From an uncultured Alphaproteobacteria bacterium (GTDB lineage: Bacteria > Pseudomonadota > Alphaproteobacteria > Rhizobiales > Hyphomicrobiaceae): a DNA stretch of 64,000 nt. The notes beneath the pieces were generated by a model. The model did not search any database. It had not been told where the DNA came from and was given only the letters and a program-made list of their open reading frames with translations. This document shows positions 10,129-19,999 of this stretch, piece by piece. The position numbers and the translations under genes are program-made. The DNA is taken from positions 1,185 to 65,184 of the forward strand of contig CAWHZB010000001.1 of the NCBI GenBank assembly GCA_963833715.1, read 5' to 3'. Each line of letters opens with the position of its first letter. Within the stretch, counting starts at the first letter, position 1.

Positions 10129-10436
10129 CCCGATTTCATTCCCGGTTGACGCTATTGGTCAAAGTCAAGGCAAGCAACTGTCGACACTGAGCAGACGAAC
10201 TGACCGATTCACGGCGAGATTAAAGACGAAATGCGCTCGCGAGATGAAATTCTTTTCAGAATCTCAGTAAAGCTGCATGTGGTTGCCGGCTGCCCAAGAT
10301 CAAGCTGCAGTGCACAAAAAACAGGATTCAACCTTTTAGACAATAGCTGCCCATGCCGAGATGTTATACCGTCCGACTTGCCGCGGAAGCCGTGATGCCT
10401 CAAGCACCTGGCGCGCGGACCACTTAAAGGACCGTC

Positions 10437-10928
10437 ATGGTAGCGAACGCAGGCGAAGACCAGCGCAACAAAGAACGGGTCAAAATCTCACTCGACCGCG
10501 CCACGGCGATCTTCGCGGAAAGGAATATCCGGTTCACGGACCTGCGTCGCAAGGTGTTCGAGGAAATCGCCTCGACTCAAGCCAGCGTCGGGGCGTACGA
10601 GGTCCTGGATCGCCTTGCCAAGAAGGGCACGCGGCTGGCTCCCATTTCCGTATACCGGGCTCTTGATGCCCTTCTCGACGCTGGTGTAGTGCATCGCCTC
10701 GAGAGTAAAAACGCCTACTTCGCCTGCCGTCGCCTGCATCAGGCCCCCACCGGCCGGCGGCCTATATTTCTCAGTTGCGAGAAATGCGGGACGGTCCAGG
10801 AAATCGACGGGGACCACATTTTTCAGGCGATCGACGAGGCTGTTCATGGCGCTAAGTTCGAGCCTCGCGTGCGGTCTGTCGAAGTGTCGGGCACATGCCA
10901 GGAATGCGCGGCTCTGCATAAGATGTAG
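10437..10928 (+). CDS. zur: Fur-family transcriptional regulator, Zur-like
   Basis: T..RRKV...AYEVL...PISVYRALD.L...VHRLES, with CxxC (CEKC) and C-terminal CxxC (CQEC). The Zur subfamily call is by resemblance. Confidence 0.8.
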   Translation: MVANAGEDQRNKERVKISLDRATAIFAERNIRFTDLRRKVFEEIASTQASVGAYEVLDRLAKKGTRLAPISVYRALDALLDAGVVHRLESKNAYFACRRLHQAPTGRRPIFLSCEKCGTVQEIDGDHIFQAIDEAVHGAKFEPRVRSVEVSGTCQECAALHKM

Positions 10929-11050
10929 ACGGCTTGGGCATAACAAGCACACCAGCATTCGCTCAGTGCATCGCGTCGATATCGCTGCTGGCGGGAAGCT
11001 GCAGAGAACGCTAGAACGTCGCCGTCCAGCTACGAAGAGACCTTTGATCG

Positions 11051-12316
11051 ATGGCGCTTGGCGACAGTATCGCAATGAAAACCCGTCATCAAACCGTCGC
11101 GGTGAAGGTTGGCGGCGTCACGGTCGGTGGCGGGGCACCGGTCGTTGTCCAGTCGATGACCAACACCGACACTGCCGACATTCAATCGACGGTCAATCAG
11201 GTTGCTGATCTCGCACGTGCCGGATCGGAGCTGGTGCGCATTACGGTCGATCGCGACGAGGCCGCAAAAGCTGTGCCTTTTATCCGTGACGAGCTGCGCA
11301 AGCGCGGCGTAGGAGTGCCGCTGATCGGCGATTTCCATTACATCGGGCACAAGCTTTTGGGCGACAACCCGGCCTGCGCTGAAGCGCTCGACAAGTATCG
11401 TATCAACCCCGGCAACGTCGGGTTCAAAGACAAGAAAGACCGCCAGTTCGGCGCCATCATCGAAACGGCGCTGCGCCATGGCAAGCCCGTCCGGATCGGC
11501 GTCAATTGGGGTTCGCTCGATAGCGAGCTGTTGACCTATCTGATGGATGAGAATGCCAAGTCGGCTGCCCCCAAGCCGGCACGCAGCGTCATGCACGAAG
11601 CGATGGTGCAGTCGGCGCTTCTTTCCGCCGGGCGTGCTGAAGAGATGGGGCTCGGCGCCGACCGGATCATTGTCTCCGGCAAGGTGTCGTCCGTGCAGGA
11701 TCTGATCGCCGTCTATGCGATGATCGCCGAGCGCAGCCGCTACGCGTTGCATCTCGGGCTGACTGAGGCGGGGATGGGTTCCAAGGGCATCGTCGCGTCG
11801 TCGGCGGCCATCGGCATTCTGCTGCAGCAGGGCATCGGCGACACAATCCGCTTTTCACTGACGCCGGAGCCCGGCGGCGACCGCACCCAGGAAGTGCGCA
11901 CCGCGCAGGAACTCTTGCAGACGATGGGGCTCAGATCGTTCGTGCCCGTCGTCGCGGCGTGCCCCGGATGCGGTCGAACGACCTCGACCGTCTTCCAGGA
12001 GCTAGCGCGCGACATCCAGGACATGATCCGCGACCGGATGCCGGACTGGAAGACACGCTATCCGGGCGTCGAAACGCTAAACTTCGCGGTCATGGGGTGC
12101 ATCGTGAATGGCCCGGGAGAAAGCAAGCACGCCGACGTCGGCATTTCTTTGCCGGGAACTGGCGAGCAGCCGGCAGCCCCGGTCTTCATCGATGGCAAAA
12201 AGGCGATGACGCTACGCGGCCCGAATATCGCGGCAGATTTTAAGGTGATCGTCGAAGATTATATTGCGCGGCGCTTTGCCGTTTCGACAATGGCGGACAG
12301 CAGCGCCGCCGAATAA
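11051..12316 (+). CDS. ispG: (E)-4-hydroxy-3-methylbut-2-enyl-diphosphate synthase
   Basis: [45 protein letters not shown] and [11 protein letters not shown] motifs. Confidence 0.97.
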   Translation: MALGDSIAMKTRHQTVAVKVGGVTVGGGAPVVVQSMTNTDTADIQSTVNQVADLARAGSELVRITVDRDEAAKAVPFIRDELRKRGVGVPLIGDFHYIGHKLLGDNPACAEALDKYRINPGNVGFKDKKDRQFGAIIETALRHGKPVRIGVNWGSLDSELLTYLMDENAKSAAPKPARSVMHEAMVQSALLSAGRAEEMGLGADRIIVSGKVSSVQDLIAVYAMIAERSRYALHLGLTEAGMGSKGIVASSAAIGILLQQGIGDTIRFSLTPEPGGDRTQEVRTAQELLQTMGLRSFVPVVAACPGCGRTTSTVFQELARDIQDMIRDRMPDWKTRYPGVETLNFAVMGCIVNGPGESKHADVGISLPGTGEQPAAPVFIDGKKAMTLRGPNIAADFKVIVEDYIARRFAVSTMADSSAAE

Positions 12317-12532
12317 AGCGCCGGCATCGGCATTGCAGAATTTGCTTTTCACCCGAAATGGTTAATTGGCCACTACGGCACGGTTGCCGCGACTTTGCGA
12401 CGATCCGTAGCTCGCACGCTTTCGCCCAATAATGTATCGAAGTGGCCGATTACCACGTGGCAAAGTTTTGGGCACTCTTTGCCGTGAGCTTGTTAGACGC
12501 TGAAAAGGTCCAATAGCGAAGGAAGCTCATTG

Positions 12533-13852
12533 ATGAGCGACAGAGCCCGCCACAATCGCCATCTGATCATCGGCGGAGGGCCCATTGGGCTCGCGACTGC
12601 AGCGGCCCTCAAACGGCGCGGTATTTCCTTTGAAATCGTCGATGCCGCGGCAGGGGTCGGTGGCAACTGGCTGCATGGCGTCTATCGGACGGCACATATC
12701 GTGTCGTCGAAGAAGGCGACCGAATATGCAGACTATCCAATGCCGGCTGATTACCCTGATTTTCCGTCGGCCGATCAGATGCTCGCTTATCTCCAGAATT
12801 TTGCGCAGGACCGTGACCTTCTCAGGCATTGCGAATTCAACAAAGAAGTTAAGCTCGCGGCGCCCGACGATTCCGGCCGCTGGGTTGTAAAGTTCGCCGA
12901 TGGCGGAGAGCGAATTTACAAAGGTGTCATCGTTTGCAACGGCCATCACTGGGACAAACGCTATCCAGACTTCCGCGGCACGTTCACCGGTGAAATGCTG
13001 CACTCGAAGGACTACCGCGAACCGGCCCAGCTCGAGGGCAAGCGCGTCCTCGTCATCGGCGGCGGGAATTCAGGCGTTGACATGGCGTGCGACGCGGGCC
13101 GCTTCGGCCGGTCCTGCGATATCAGTCTGAAGACCGGCTATTGGTACATGCCGAAAACTTTCCTCGGCCGTCCGCTGACCGATATCCCGCTCTGGGGCCT
13201 GCCGATCTTCGTGCAGCGCGCCATACTCAAATCGATAATCCGATTGAGCATCGGCGATTATCGCCGCTACGGACTGCAGTGGCCGAACCATAAAATGTTC
13301 GAGCGCCATCCCGCCTTCGGCACGGATCTGTTGAACTCTATTCGCCTCGGTCGCGTGAAAGCGCGGCCCGCAATCGAGAAGGCCGACGGAAAGACCGTGA
13401 CCTTTGTAGATGGTTCGACGGCAACCTACGACCTAATCGTCGCGGCGACGGGATTTCATACTTCCTTCCCGTTTTTGCCGGATGGTCTGGTCAGAATCGA
13501 AGATGGAATTGTCCAGGTTTACGGCGGCGCCTTTCCGCCCGGCGTTCGCGGTCTCTACATCGTCGGATGGGCGCAAGCTCGCAACGGCTTCGGCCGCCTG
13601 ATCACGCCGCTCGCCGATCTATACGCGCGGATGATCGCGCTGCAGGACGAACTCGAATTTCCGCTCGGGTCGGTGATGGAGCAATGTTTCACTCCGCGCT
13701 TGCCGACGACACACCTTGTGGACCCCGAGAAGACACGCAGAGCAATCCGCATGGCCCACTGGATTCTCCCGGTGCTCAAAGCTCGCGACCGTCGCATGGC
13801 GCGAAAACAAAAACTCGAGGCGGAGAAAAGTCGCGAGCCGATCCGCGCCTAG
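12533..13852 (+). CDS. Flavin-containing monooxygenase (class B)
   Basis: GGGPIG FAD motif, FTGEMLHSKDYR fingerprint, GGGNSG NADPH motif and ATGF. Confidence 0.9.
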   Translation: MSDRARHNRHLIIGGGPIGLATAAALKRRGISFEIVDAAAGVGGNWLHGVYRTAHIVSSKKATEYADYPMPADYPDFPSADQMLAYLQNFAQDRDLLRHCEFNKEVKLAAPDDSGRWVVKFADGGERIYKGVIVCNGHHWDKRYPDFRGTFTGEMLHSKDYREPAQLEGKRVLVIGGGNSGVDMACDAGRFGRSCDISLKTGYWYMPKTFLGRPLTDIPLWGLPIFVQRAILKSIIRLSIGDYRRYGLQWPNHKMFERHPAFGTDLLNSIRLGRVKARPAIEKADGKTVTFVDGSTATYDLIVAATGFHTSFPFLPDGLVRIEDGIVQVYGGAFPPGVRGLYIVGWAQARNGFGRLITPLADLYARMIALQDELEFPLGSVMEQCFTPRLPTTHLVDPEKTRRAIRMAHWILPVLKARDRRMARKQKLEAEKSREPIRA

Positions 13853-14016
13853 ATCCCGCAATCACCTGCAATTCCAAAAATGCTCGTTGAATAGCAATTT
13901 CGCAGATGCATGGCAGCTGGTCGGGAAGCGCCACTCTGCTGCCGAAAAGGGAACCGAAATTCGCATTATACGTTGTCGCCGTCAGGGCCAATGGCCGAAA
14001 CGACGGGGTTTTCAAA

Positions 14017-14628
14017 ATGAAATTTCAGCGAGCTAAAACCGTTACGTTTGGCGGCATCCTGCTCTGTGTGACTGCAACTATGAGCGCGTGGGCCGCCGAT
14101 CTCGGCCCTTATCGGCCCTATACTCCGCCGCCGCCAGCACCAATTCAGTCCTACGCCGTGATTAGGCTAAGCCGGCTGGAAGATTTCGAGCGGCGGTCAG
14201 TTGGATATAATTGGCAGCGCGATCGCTTTGTCTTCGGCGTTGAGGGCGATCTTCAGGCGTCGGATATCAATGCAAGTAAAGACGTCGCCTTCGGCAATGC
14301 CACGACTGACATCGATTGGTTTTCTACGGTTCGCGGGCGCGTCGGTATCGCGGCCGGACCGTGGCTGCTCTATGGCACGGGCGGCGTTGCGTTTGCTGAC
14401 ATTTCAAATCGCGTAGATATTGGACTAGATACGCTGCGGAATTCGGAGACTCAAGTCGGATATGCAGTTGGCGGTGGTCTTGAATGGGCCTTCGCGAGAA
14501 ACTGGAGCGCCAGGGCCGAGTATCTTTACCTCGGTTTTGGAGACACCACCCTTTCCGGCGGCGGCAACGAAGTTAAGGTCAACAACGACGTTCAAACCGT
14601 TCGCCTCGGTGCGAACTACAAGTTCTAG
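14017..14628 (+). CDS. Omp25/RopB-like outer-membrane beta-barrel protein, apparently internally deleted
   Basis: Signal peptide plus AADL, GYNWQ...VFGVEGD, TVRGRVG, LLYGTGG, GGGLEWAF, W.ARAEYLY and terminal NYKF. The expected WTGFY-G..GY segment is replaced by VIRLSRLEDFERRS. Confidence 0.8.
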   Translation: MKFQRAKTVTFGGILLCVTATMSAWAADLGPYRPYTPPPPAPIQSYAVIRLSRLEDFERRSVGYNWQRDRFVFGVEGDLQASDINASKDVAFGNATTDIDWFSTVRGRVGIAAGPWLLYGTGGVAFADISNRVDIGLDTLRNSETQVGYAVGGGLEWAFARNWSARAEYLYLGFGDTTLSGGGNEVKVNNDVQTVRLGANYKF

Positions 14629-14667
14629 CGATGCGCGGTTCTTGAGTGAGCGTTCGCGAGCCCTTTG

Positions 14668-15573
14668 CTAGCTGCCGCGTTGGCCCATCAGCCGCGCGGC
14701 GTCGGCAAGGGGCTCGGCTTTTGTGCCGAACGCACTGAGTGCCGTAATTGCAGCCGTTATCGAACGGTCGAGATGATCTCGCGCCGCGTCGATGCCGAGC
14801 AAACCGACGAACGTTGCCTTGCCCGCCGCAGCGTCTTTCCCCGTTGCCTTGCCGACACTGGTGGTCGTGCCTTCGACGTCGAGCAGGTCATCGCTAATCT
14901 GGAAAGCCATGCCGAGGTGCTCGCCGTACGTGCGGACCGCTGCGCGTTCGCCCTGCGTGGCCTTGCCGAGAATTGCTCCCATCTCGCAGGCAGCCGTGAT
15001 GAGGCGCCCCGTCTTCATCGACTGAAGTCTCGTGACATCGGCAATCGTCGGTACCGCGCTTGACGGCAGCTTGCCCGCCTCGAGATCGAGTACCTGGCCG
15101 CCGACCATCCCCGCCGCTCCGGAAGCCTTCGCGAGCGTTTCGACAAGCGCCGCACGCACTTCAGGGTGCTCGTGGCATTGCGGCCCACTGATGAGTTCAA
15201 AGGCGATAGCCTGTAACGCATCGCCGGCTAGAATCGCCGTCCACTCGTCATATGCCTTCCACACCGTCGGCTGGCCGCGCCGCAATTCATCGTTGTCCAT
15301 CGAGGGCAGATCGTCGTGCACCAGCGAGTAGCAGTGGATGCATTCGACGGCGCCGGCGGCCGGCAGCGCCGCATCGCGTTCGACCCCGAAAAGTGCGGCA
15401 CAGTTGAAAACGAGATAGGGACGGAAGCGCTTACCCCCGGCAAGAACCGCATGGCGCAAGGCCTTAGCCAGCCTCCGAGGCGTGCCTGCGGCTTCCTGCT
15501 TCGTCAGAATGTCTGAGAGATAAGCCTCGACAGTTGTTGCGGCAATGCCAAGCTGCACAAGAAACTGTGACAC
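14668..15573 (-). CDS. ispA: Polyprenyl synthetase (farnesyl-diphosphate synthase)
   Basis: GGKRFRP, DDLPSMD..LRRG, GQVLD, KTG and FQISDDLLD motifs. Confidence 0.95.
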   Translation of the reverse strand: MSQFLVQLGIAATTVEAYLSDILTKQEAAGTPRRLAKALRHAVLAGGKRFRPYLVFNCAALFGVERDAALPAAGAVECIHCYSLVHDDLPSMDNDELRRGQPTVWKAYDEWTAILAGDALQAIAFELISGPQCHEHPEVRAALVETLAKASGAAGMVGGQVLDLEAGKLPSSAVPTIADVTRLQSMKTGRLITAACEMGAILGKATQGERAAVRTYGEHLGMAFQISDDLLDVEGTTTSVGKATGKDAAAGKATFVGLLGIDAARDHLDRSITAAITALSAFGTKAEPLADAARLMGQRGS

Positions 15574-15675
15574 TACCTAAACCCCTCCGTCTCATGGCTG
15601 AGCGGGCACGTAACATGGCCATCGTTCGGTGTTACCGCCGACGCGGTATCACATGGCAATCGACGTAAGCAAAGC

Positions 15676-17034
15676 ATGGATCGGGCGGACGACACATCAG
15701 AACCAACGACCGCGCCGAATACGGCATCGCGGGCCCACGTTCGCGCCGTCATTACGCAGCTGGGCGGCTTCGCTGCCGGTCCGGTCGCGCCGTCCCTGGC
15801 GGCATCAGAACAATGTGTCGCACCTGATTCGGCAATTGCCGAAGCTGTCGATCAGAGGCCAGGCCTTTTCAATGTGCCGTGGCCTTTACCGCCGCGGGCA
15901 TTTTCACAATCGCGAGTAGAAGCGCCGTCGCCCGAGTTGATCGTTCCTCTTCCATTGCATGCTGCGGCTTATGTGAGCGATGTCGGGTTGACCACTGCCG
16001 CGCCGTCAAGGTCCTATTTGCCGGCGTCAGTCGGCGCCACGCTCCAGGGTGCGGAGGGCTCCGCAAATCGGCCGCTGAGCGTCGATGCTGCCCTGTCGGA
16101 GATCGAGGCCGAGGTCTGTGCCCGCACGACGACCGTCGAAGCCGCAATCGCTCAAGTACGTCTCGATCGTCAGACCGAGCGGCTGCAGGGCACGGCACGC
16201 GCGCAGACCGCCACGCCGCGCATAATGTCGGCCGTTTCCGCGCTCCGGCCGCAGTTACCGCTTGGACCGCTGGTCGCCGATCCGGCTTCGCGGCCTGCCA
16301 TGCCGGGATACGAAATCTGGGCCCCCGGGCGCCGAGACTATCGGGGCATCGCCAAGCGCGCCCTTACGATCGCAGGCGCCATTGCTGCCGGTTGGTTGGC
16401 GCTCGTGCTGCTGCTGATCATTGTCTACCGATTTATCAATCCGCCGATTTCGGCCTTGATGCTGCAGCGCTGGGTTTCTGGCCAGGGGAGTCTCCACGAG
16501 TGGGTAAACTTTGAGGACATGTCGCCGAACGTGATTCGTGCCGTGCTGGTGAGCGAAGACGCCCGCTTCTGCGAACACAATGGCATCGACTACGAGGCCA
16601 TCGAGGATGCGGTCGAGGACGCTGGAAGCGGCAGACTGCGAGGCGCCAGTACGATCTCGATGCAGGTCGTCAAAAACCTGTTCCTCTGGCCGTCGAAGAG
16701 TTATCTGCGCAAGGCAATCGAGCTGCCGTTGACGTACATGTTGGAGTTGATCTGGCCGAAGCGGCGGATCATGGAGGTTTACCTCAACATCGCCGAATGG
16801 GGTCCAGGCATTTTCGGGGTCGGGACCGCGTCGAAATTTTACTTAAGTAAGCCCGCAAAGAGCTTGAGCGCGCGGGAGGCGGCACGATTGGCCGTTGCGC
16901 TGCCTAATCCGCTGACCCGGAATGCCGGAAAGCCGGGGCCCGGAACGCGGCGGTTGGCCGGTGCGGTTCAGGTGCGCATGCGGTTTATCCCTTCGAGCCA
17001 GATGGCTTGCCTATGGCCGAAACGACGCATGTAA
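15676..17034 (+). CDS. mtgA: Monofunctional peptidoglycan transglycosylase with long N-terminal extension
   Basis: SEDARFCEHNGID, GASTISMQVVKNLFLW, RKAIE, EVYLNIAEWG and LAVALPNP motifs. The start is uncertain (15676 or ATG 16300). Confidence 0.9.
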   Translation: MDRADDTSEPTTAPNTASRAHVRAVITQLGGFAAGPVAPSLAASEQCVAPDSAIAEAVDQRPGLFNVPWPLPPRAFSQSRVEAPSPELIVPLPLHAAAYVSDVGLTTAAPSRSYLPASVGATLQGAEGSANRPLSVDAALSEIEAEVCARTTTVEAAIAQVRLDRQTERLQGTARAQTATPRIMSAVSALRPQLPLGPLVADPASRPAMPGYEIWAPGRRDYRGIAKRALTIAGAIAAGWLALVLLLIIVYRFINPPISALMLQRWVSGQGSLHEWVNFEDMSPNVIRAVLVSEDARFCEHNGIDYEAIEDAVEDAGSGRLRGASTISMQVVKNLFLWPSKSYLRKAIELPLTYMLELIWPKRRIMEVYLNIAEWGPGIFGVGTASKFYLSKPAKSLSAREAARLAVALPNPLTRNAGKPGPGTRRLAGAVQVRMRFIPSSQMACLWPKRRM

Positions 17035-17237
17035 GACTGGGTTTTGCGGGACGAGCAGCCCGCGCAGGGACTGGCGTTCCTTTTCTAGTTTGCGTATAAG
17101 CCCGGCCGAGGCTCGCAAGCCGCGCCAAAAAGGCGACGCTGCCGGGTCGATTTAAGCAATAAGACGTTCGGCGTCCTCGCCGCATGTTCTGCGGCGCCTC
17201 GCCCTTTGGCGGTTGGCGCGAACTTTGGAGCAAGACT

Positions 17238-17420
17238 ATGGCAGTACCGCGCAAAAAGACGTCACCGATGAAGCGTAACCAGCGCCGTTCCCACGATGCG
17301 CTGAAGGCACCGGCCTACGTCGAGGATAAGGATAGCGGCGAGCGCCGCCGCCCGCATCACATCGATTTGAAATCCGGCAAATACCGCGGCCGGCAGATCC
17401 TGACCCCCAAGGCCGACTAG
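17238..17420 (+). CDS. rpmF: 50S ribosomal protein L32 (Zn-free type)
   Basis: [22 protein letters not shown]...[19 protein letters not shown]; GGAG SD upstream. Confidence 0.97.
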   Translation: MAVPRKKTSPMKRNQRRSHDALKAPAYVEDKDSGERRRPHHIDLKSGKYRGRQILTPKAD

Positions 17421-17559
17421 CAGCTGCGTCAGGCTCGACTGGCGCCATTGGCGACGTCAGGCCTTGGCTTTCGCCGCTGTCTGTTGCTTGGCAAATCGGG
17501 TATGGCGTGTAAAAAAGTCCGGCGCGCCCGGCCGCTGTCGAAATGTCAGGAGAAGCCTC

Positions 17560-17964
17560 ATGTCTATTAGAGCCCTTCCGCTCTTGGTCTTCGCCTTTGT
17601 TCTCTACAACGCGATTGTCCTGTTGGTGGGAGAAGATGCTCTGGGGCGCGAAATTTTCGAGCTCAGGCTCTTGAGCGGCGGTCTTTGGAAGTTCACTTGG
17701 GGCGATCTCGTTCTGCTCGTGACGCTCGTTCTGCTCTTTGTCGAAATCGTCAAGTCGACTACGACGACGACATCGACATTGATAGATCATGGGCTTTCGA
17801 TGGTCGTGTTCATGGCTGTCGGTGCAGAATTCCTGATCGTTCCACAAGCGGCAACGTCGGTATTTTTTCTGATCCTCGTCGCAACGCTGATCGACGTGAT
17901 CGGCGGTTACACGATCGGCATTCGCGTCGCGCGCCGCGATCTCAACATCGGCGCGGACCAATAA
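17560..17964 (+). CDS. Conserved small 4-TM membrane protein
   Basis: Hydrophobic segments with LLFVEIVKST...IDHGLS...IDVIGG..IGIR.ARRD; AGGAG SD upstream. Confidence 0.85.
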   Translation: MSIRALPLLVFAFVLYNAIVLLVGEDALGREIFELRLLSGGLWKFTWGDLVLLVTLVLLFVEIVKSTTTTTSTLIDHGLSMVVFMAVGAEFLIVPQAATSVFFLILVATLIDVIGGYTIGIRVARRDLNIGADQ

Positions 17965-18143
17965 AGCGGCGTCCGCGCAATTTCATGCTAGTTAATGCCA
18001 AACGACGCGCATTCAATTCTATTGCAGGCCTAATCTTTAACCGTTGTTAGCATTTTCGCATTAAAGTCGTGCTCGACATTCAGATACAACGTCCCCGTTC
18101 CATTTTACATGGGGCGTGTGCGGGGCCATCTCGAGGTTAAACC

Positions 18144-19952
18144 TTGTTTCCGCCGGCGAGCTTCCAGGGACCAGATACTGAATCTGATGGCGATGCGCCG
18201 GCAGAGAGCGCCCCGGCGCGTGACATCGATCCTCTGACGGAAACAGAGGGTCTTGACCTCGTTGGCATTCTCTCGTCGGTCGACGCCACAGCCTACGTAT
18301 GGGACATCAAGACCGGTCGTATCGACTGGGAGCGCAATGCTTGCGCTATTCTAAACATTCCCGAACCCGATCAAATTGCGACTGGCGCGGGCTATCACGC
18401 GCTGATCGCTGCAGAACATCTCAATCGGCGGCTCGAAGCTTTCTCTCGGAGCGTCGGTAGCGACCGTGTGCGCGGCGTTCCATACCGCGTACAATATCGT
18501 CTACTCACTGGCGGCCGCAGCGGCAACGCCATGCGGGTCGAAGATCAGGGTCGCTGGTGGCCAGGTTCCGATGGTCATCCGGAACGCGCCCGCGGCGTCA
18601 TTCGAATTCTGCATGAGCAGTATCTCGAGGAGCAACGGCTCCTCGTGCGCAACGATCTCGACGAGCTGACGGGGCAACTCAACCGCATTCGCTTAACCGA
18701 GGCGTTGAGCACTGTTCTGTCGCGCACCGAACGCGATCGCCAGTCGTGCGCTTTTCTGATGGTCGCGGTTAACAACCTTGCCGTTATCAATGACACGTTC
18801 GGCTTCGAGGTCGGCGACGAAACGATCGCAGAAGTCGCGCGGCGCATTCGCGAAAAGCAGCGCGGCGGCGATATCATCGGCCGATATTCCTCAAACAAGT
18901 TCGGCATCGTCTTGATGGACTGTGGCTCAGGTGCTGCGCGCATCGCCGCAGAACGCTTCATGAAGGCCGTCCGGGAGACGACGATCAAGACGTCGGCCTG
19001 CCAGCTGTCGGCGACCATTTCGCTTGGTGGGGTGATTATGCCTGATCAAGCCATCGCAGTTCAGGACACTTTGAATTTTGCCCTGCGCGCTGTCGATCTC
19101 GCCAAGTCGAAGCGCTCCGATTGCTTCGTACTCTACGAGCCGACCGCTGCGAGCGATAACACCCGCGCGCGCAGCAAGAAGATCGCCGACAACGTCATCA
19201 GTGCGATCGAGGAGCGTCGTATGCGGCTGGCGCTGCAACCGATGGTCAGCGCGAAGACGGGAAAGCCTGAGATTTACGAGTGCCTGCTGCGCATGGAGCG
19301 GCCCGACGGCAGTCTCGTATCGGCCGGCGAGTTCGTTCCGGTCGCGGAGCAGTTGGGTCTTTCGCGCCTCATCGACCGGCGCACGCTCGAGCTTACCGTC
19401 GATCTGCTGGTGCGGCATCCGGATATCGTGCTTTCGCTCAACGTGTCCGGCTTGACGTGCTCGGATAACGAGTGGCTTGCAACGCTAAGACGGCTGACTG
19501 GCGGGCGCAAAGAGCTGCTGAAACGCATTGTCGTCGAAATTACCGAGACGGTCGCGATCGATGATCTCGATCAGTCCATCAACTTTGTCGACACGCTGAA
19601 AGAACTCGGCTGCCGCGTCGCCATTGACGATTTTGGAGCCGGGTACACCTCGTTTAAGAATTTGAAGCTGTTGAACGTCGACATCGTCAAAATCGACGGC
19701 GCATTCGTCAAAAATCTTGCCCACGACACAAGCGATCAGATTTTCATCAAGACAATGATCGAACTCGCGCAGACCTTCGGCATGGAGACGGTCGCCGAAT
19801 GGGTGGGCGATGAGCCCACAGTGAAGCATCTGGTCGATGCAGGCATCACGTATATGCAGGGGTTTTATTACGGCATGCCGTTTGATGCCGCCGATTTCGG
19901 TACGGCTGCGATCGCAATTGTTGTCGCTTCCGATCGTCCGAAGGACGCATGA
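18144..19952 (+). CDS. PAS-like/GGDEF(degenerate)/EAL c-di-GMP phosphodiesterase
   Basis: DELTGQLNR, GGDEF position reads YSSNKF, EAL reads YECLLR, plus EITE, DDFGAGYTS, KIDG and QGF. The start codon is uncertain. Confidence 0.9.
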   Translation: MFPPASFQGPDTESDGDAPAESAPARDIDPLTETEGLDLVGILSSVDATAYVWDIKTGRIDWERNACAILNIPEPDQIATGAGYHALIAAEHLNRRLEAFSRSVGSDRVRGVPYRVQYRLLTGGRSGNAMRVEDQGRWWPGSDGHPERARGVIRILHEQYLEEQRLLVRNDLDELTGQLNRIRLTEALSTVLSRTERDRQSCAFLMVAVNNLAVINDTFGFEVGDETIAEVARRIREKQRGGDIIGRYSSNKFGIVLMDCGSGAARIAAERFMKAVRETTIKTSACQLSATISLGGVIMPDQAIAVQDTLNFALRAVDLAKSKRSDCFVLYEPTAASDNTRARSKKIADNVISAIEERRMRLALQPMVSAKTGKPEIYECLLRMERPDGSLVSAGEFVPVAEQLGLSRLIDRRTLELTVDLLVRHPDIVLSLNVSGLTCSDNEWLATLRRLTGGRKELLKRIVVEITETVAIDDLDQSINFVDTLKELGCRVAIDDFGAGYTSFKNLKLLNVDIVKIDGAFVKNLAHDTSDQIFIKTMIELAQTFGMETVAEWVGDEPTVKHLVDAGITYMQGFYYGMPFDAADFGTAAIAIVVASDRPKDA

Positions 19953-19999
19953 CGGCAGTCATGCGCGCAGCTCCGGCAAAACGTTCAGCCATCGACGCC

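Noticed and set aside
10340-10380. Zur box (ATGTTATA) upstream of the zur-like gene
   Set aside because: Only one half-site; the palindromic partner is absent.
17757-17777. ACG trinucleotide run (STTTTTST) as a phase-variable tract
   Set aside because: Only a few in-frame units in a loop; a length change would not shift the frame.
17990-18060. CtrA boxes here and at 38310-38340
   Set aside because: Only TTAA(C) half-sites; no TTAA-N7-TTAA with correct spacing.
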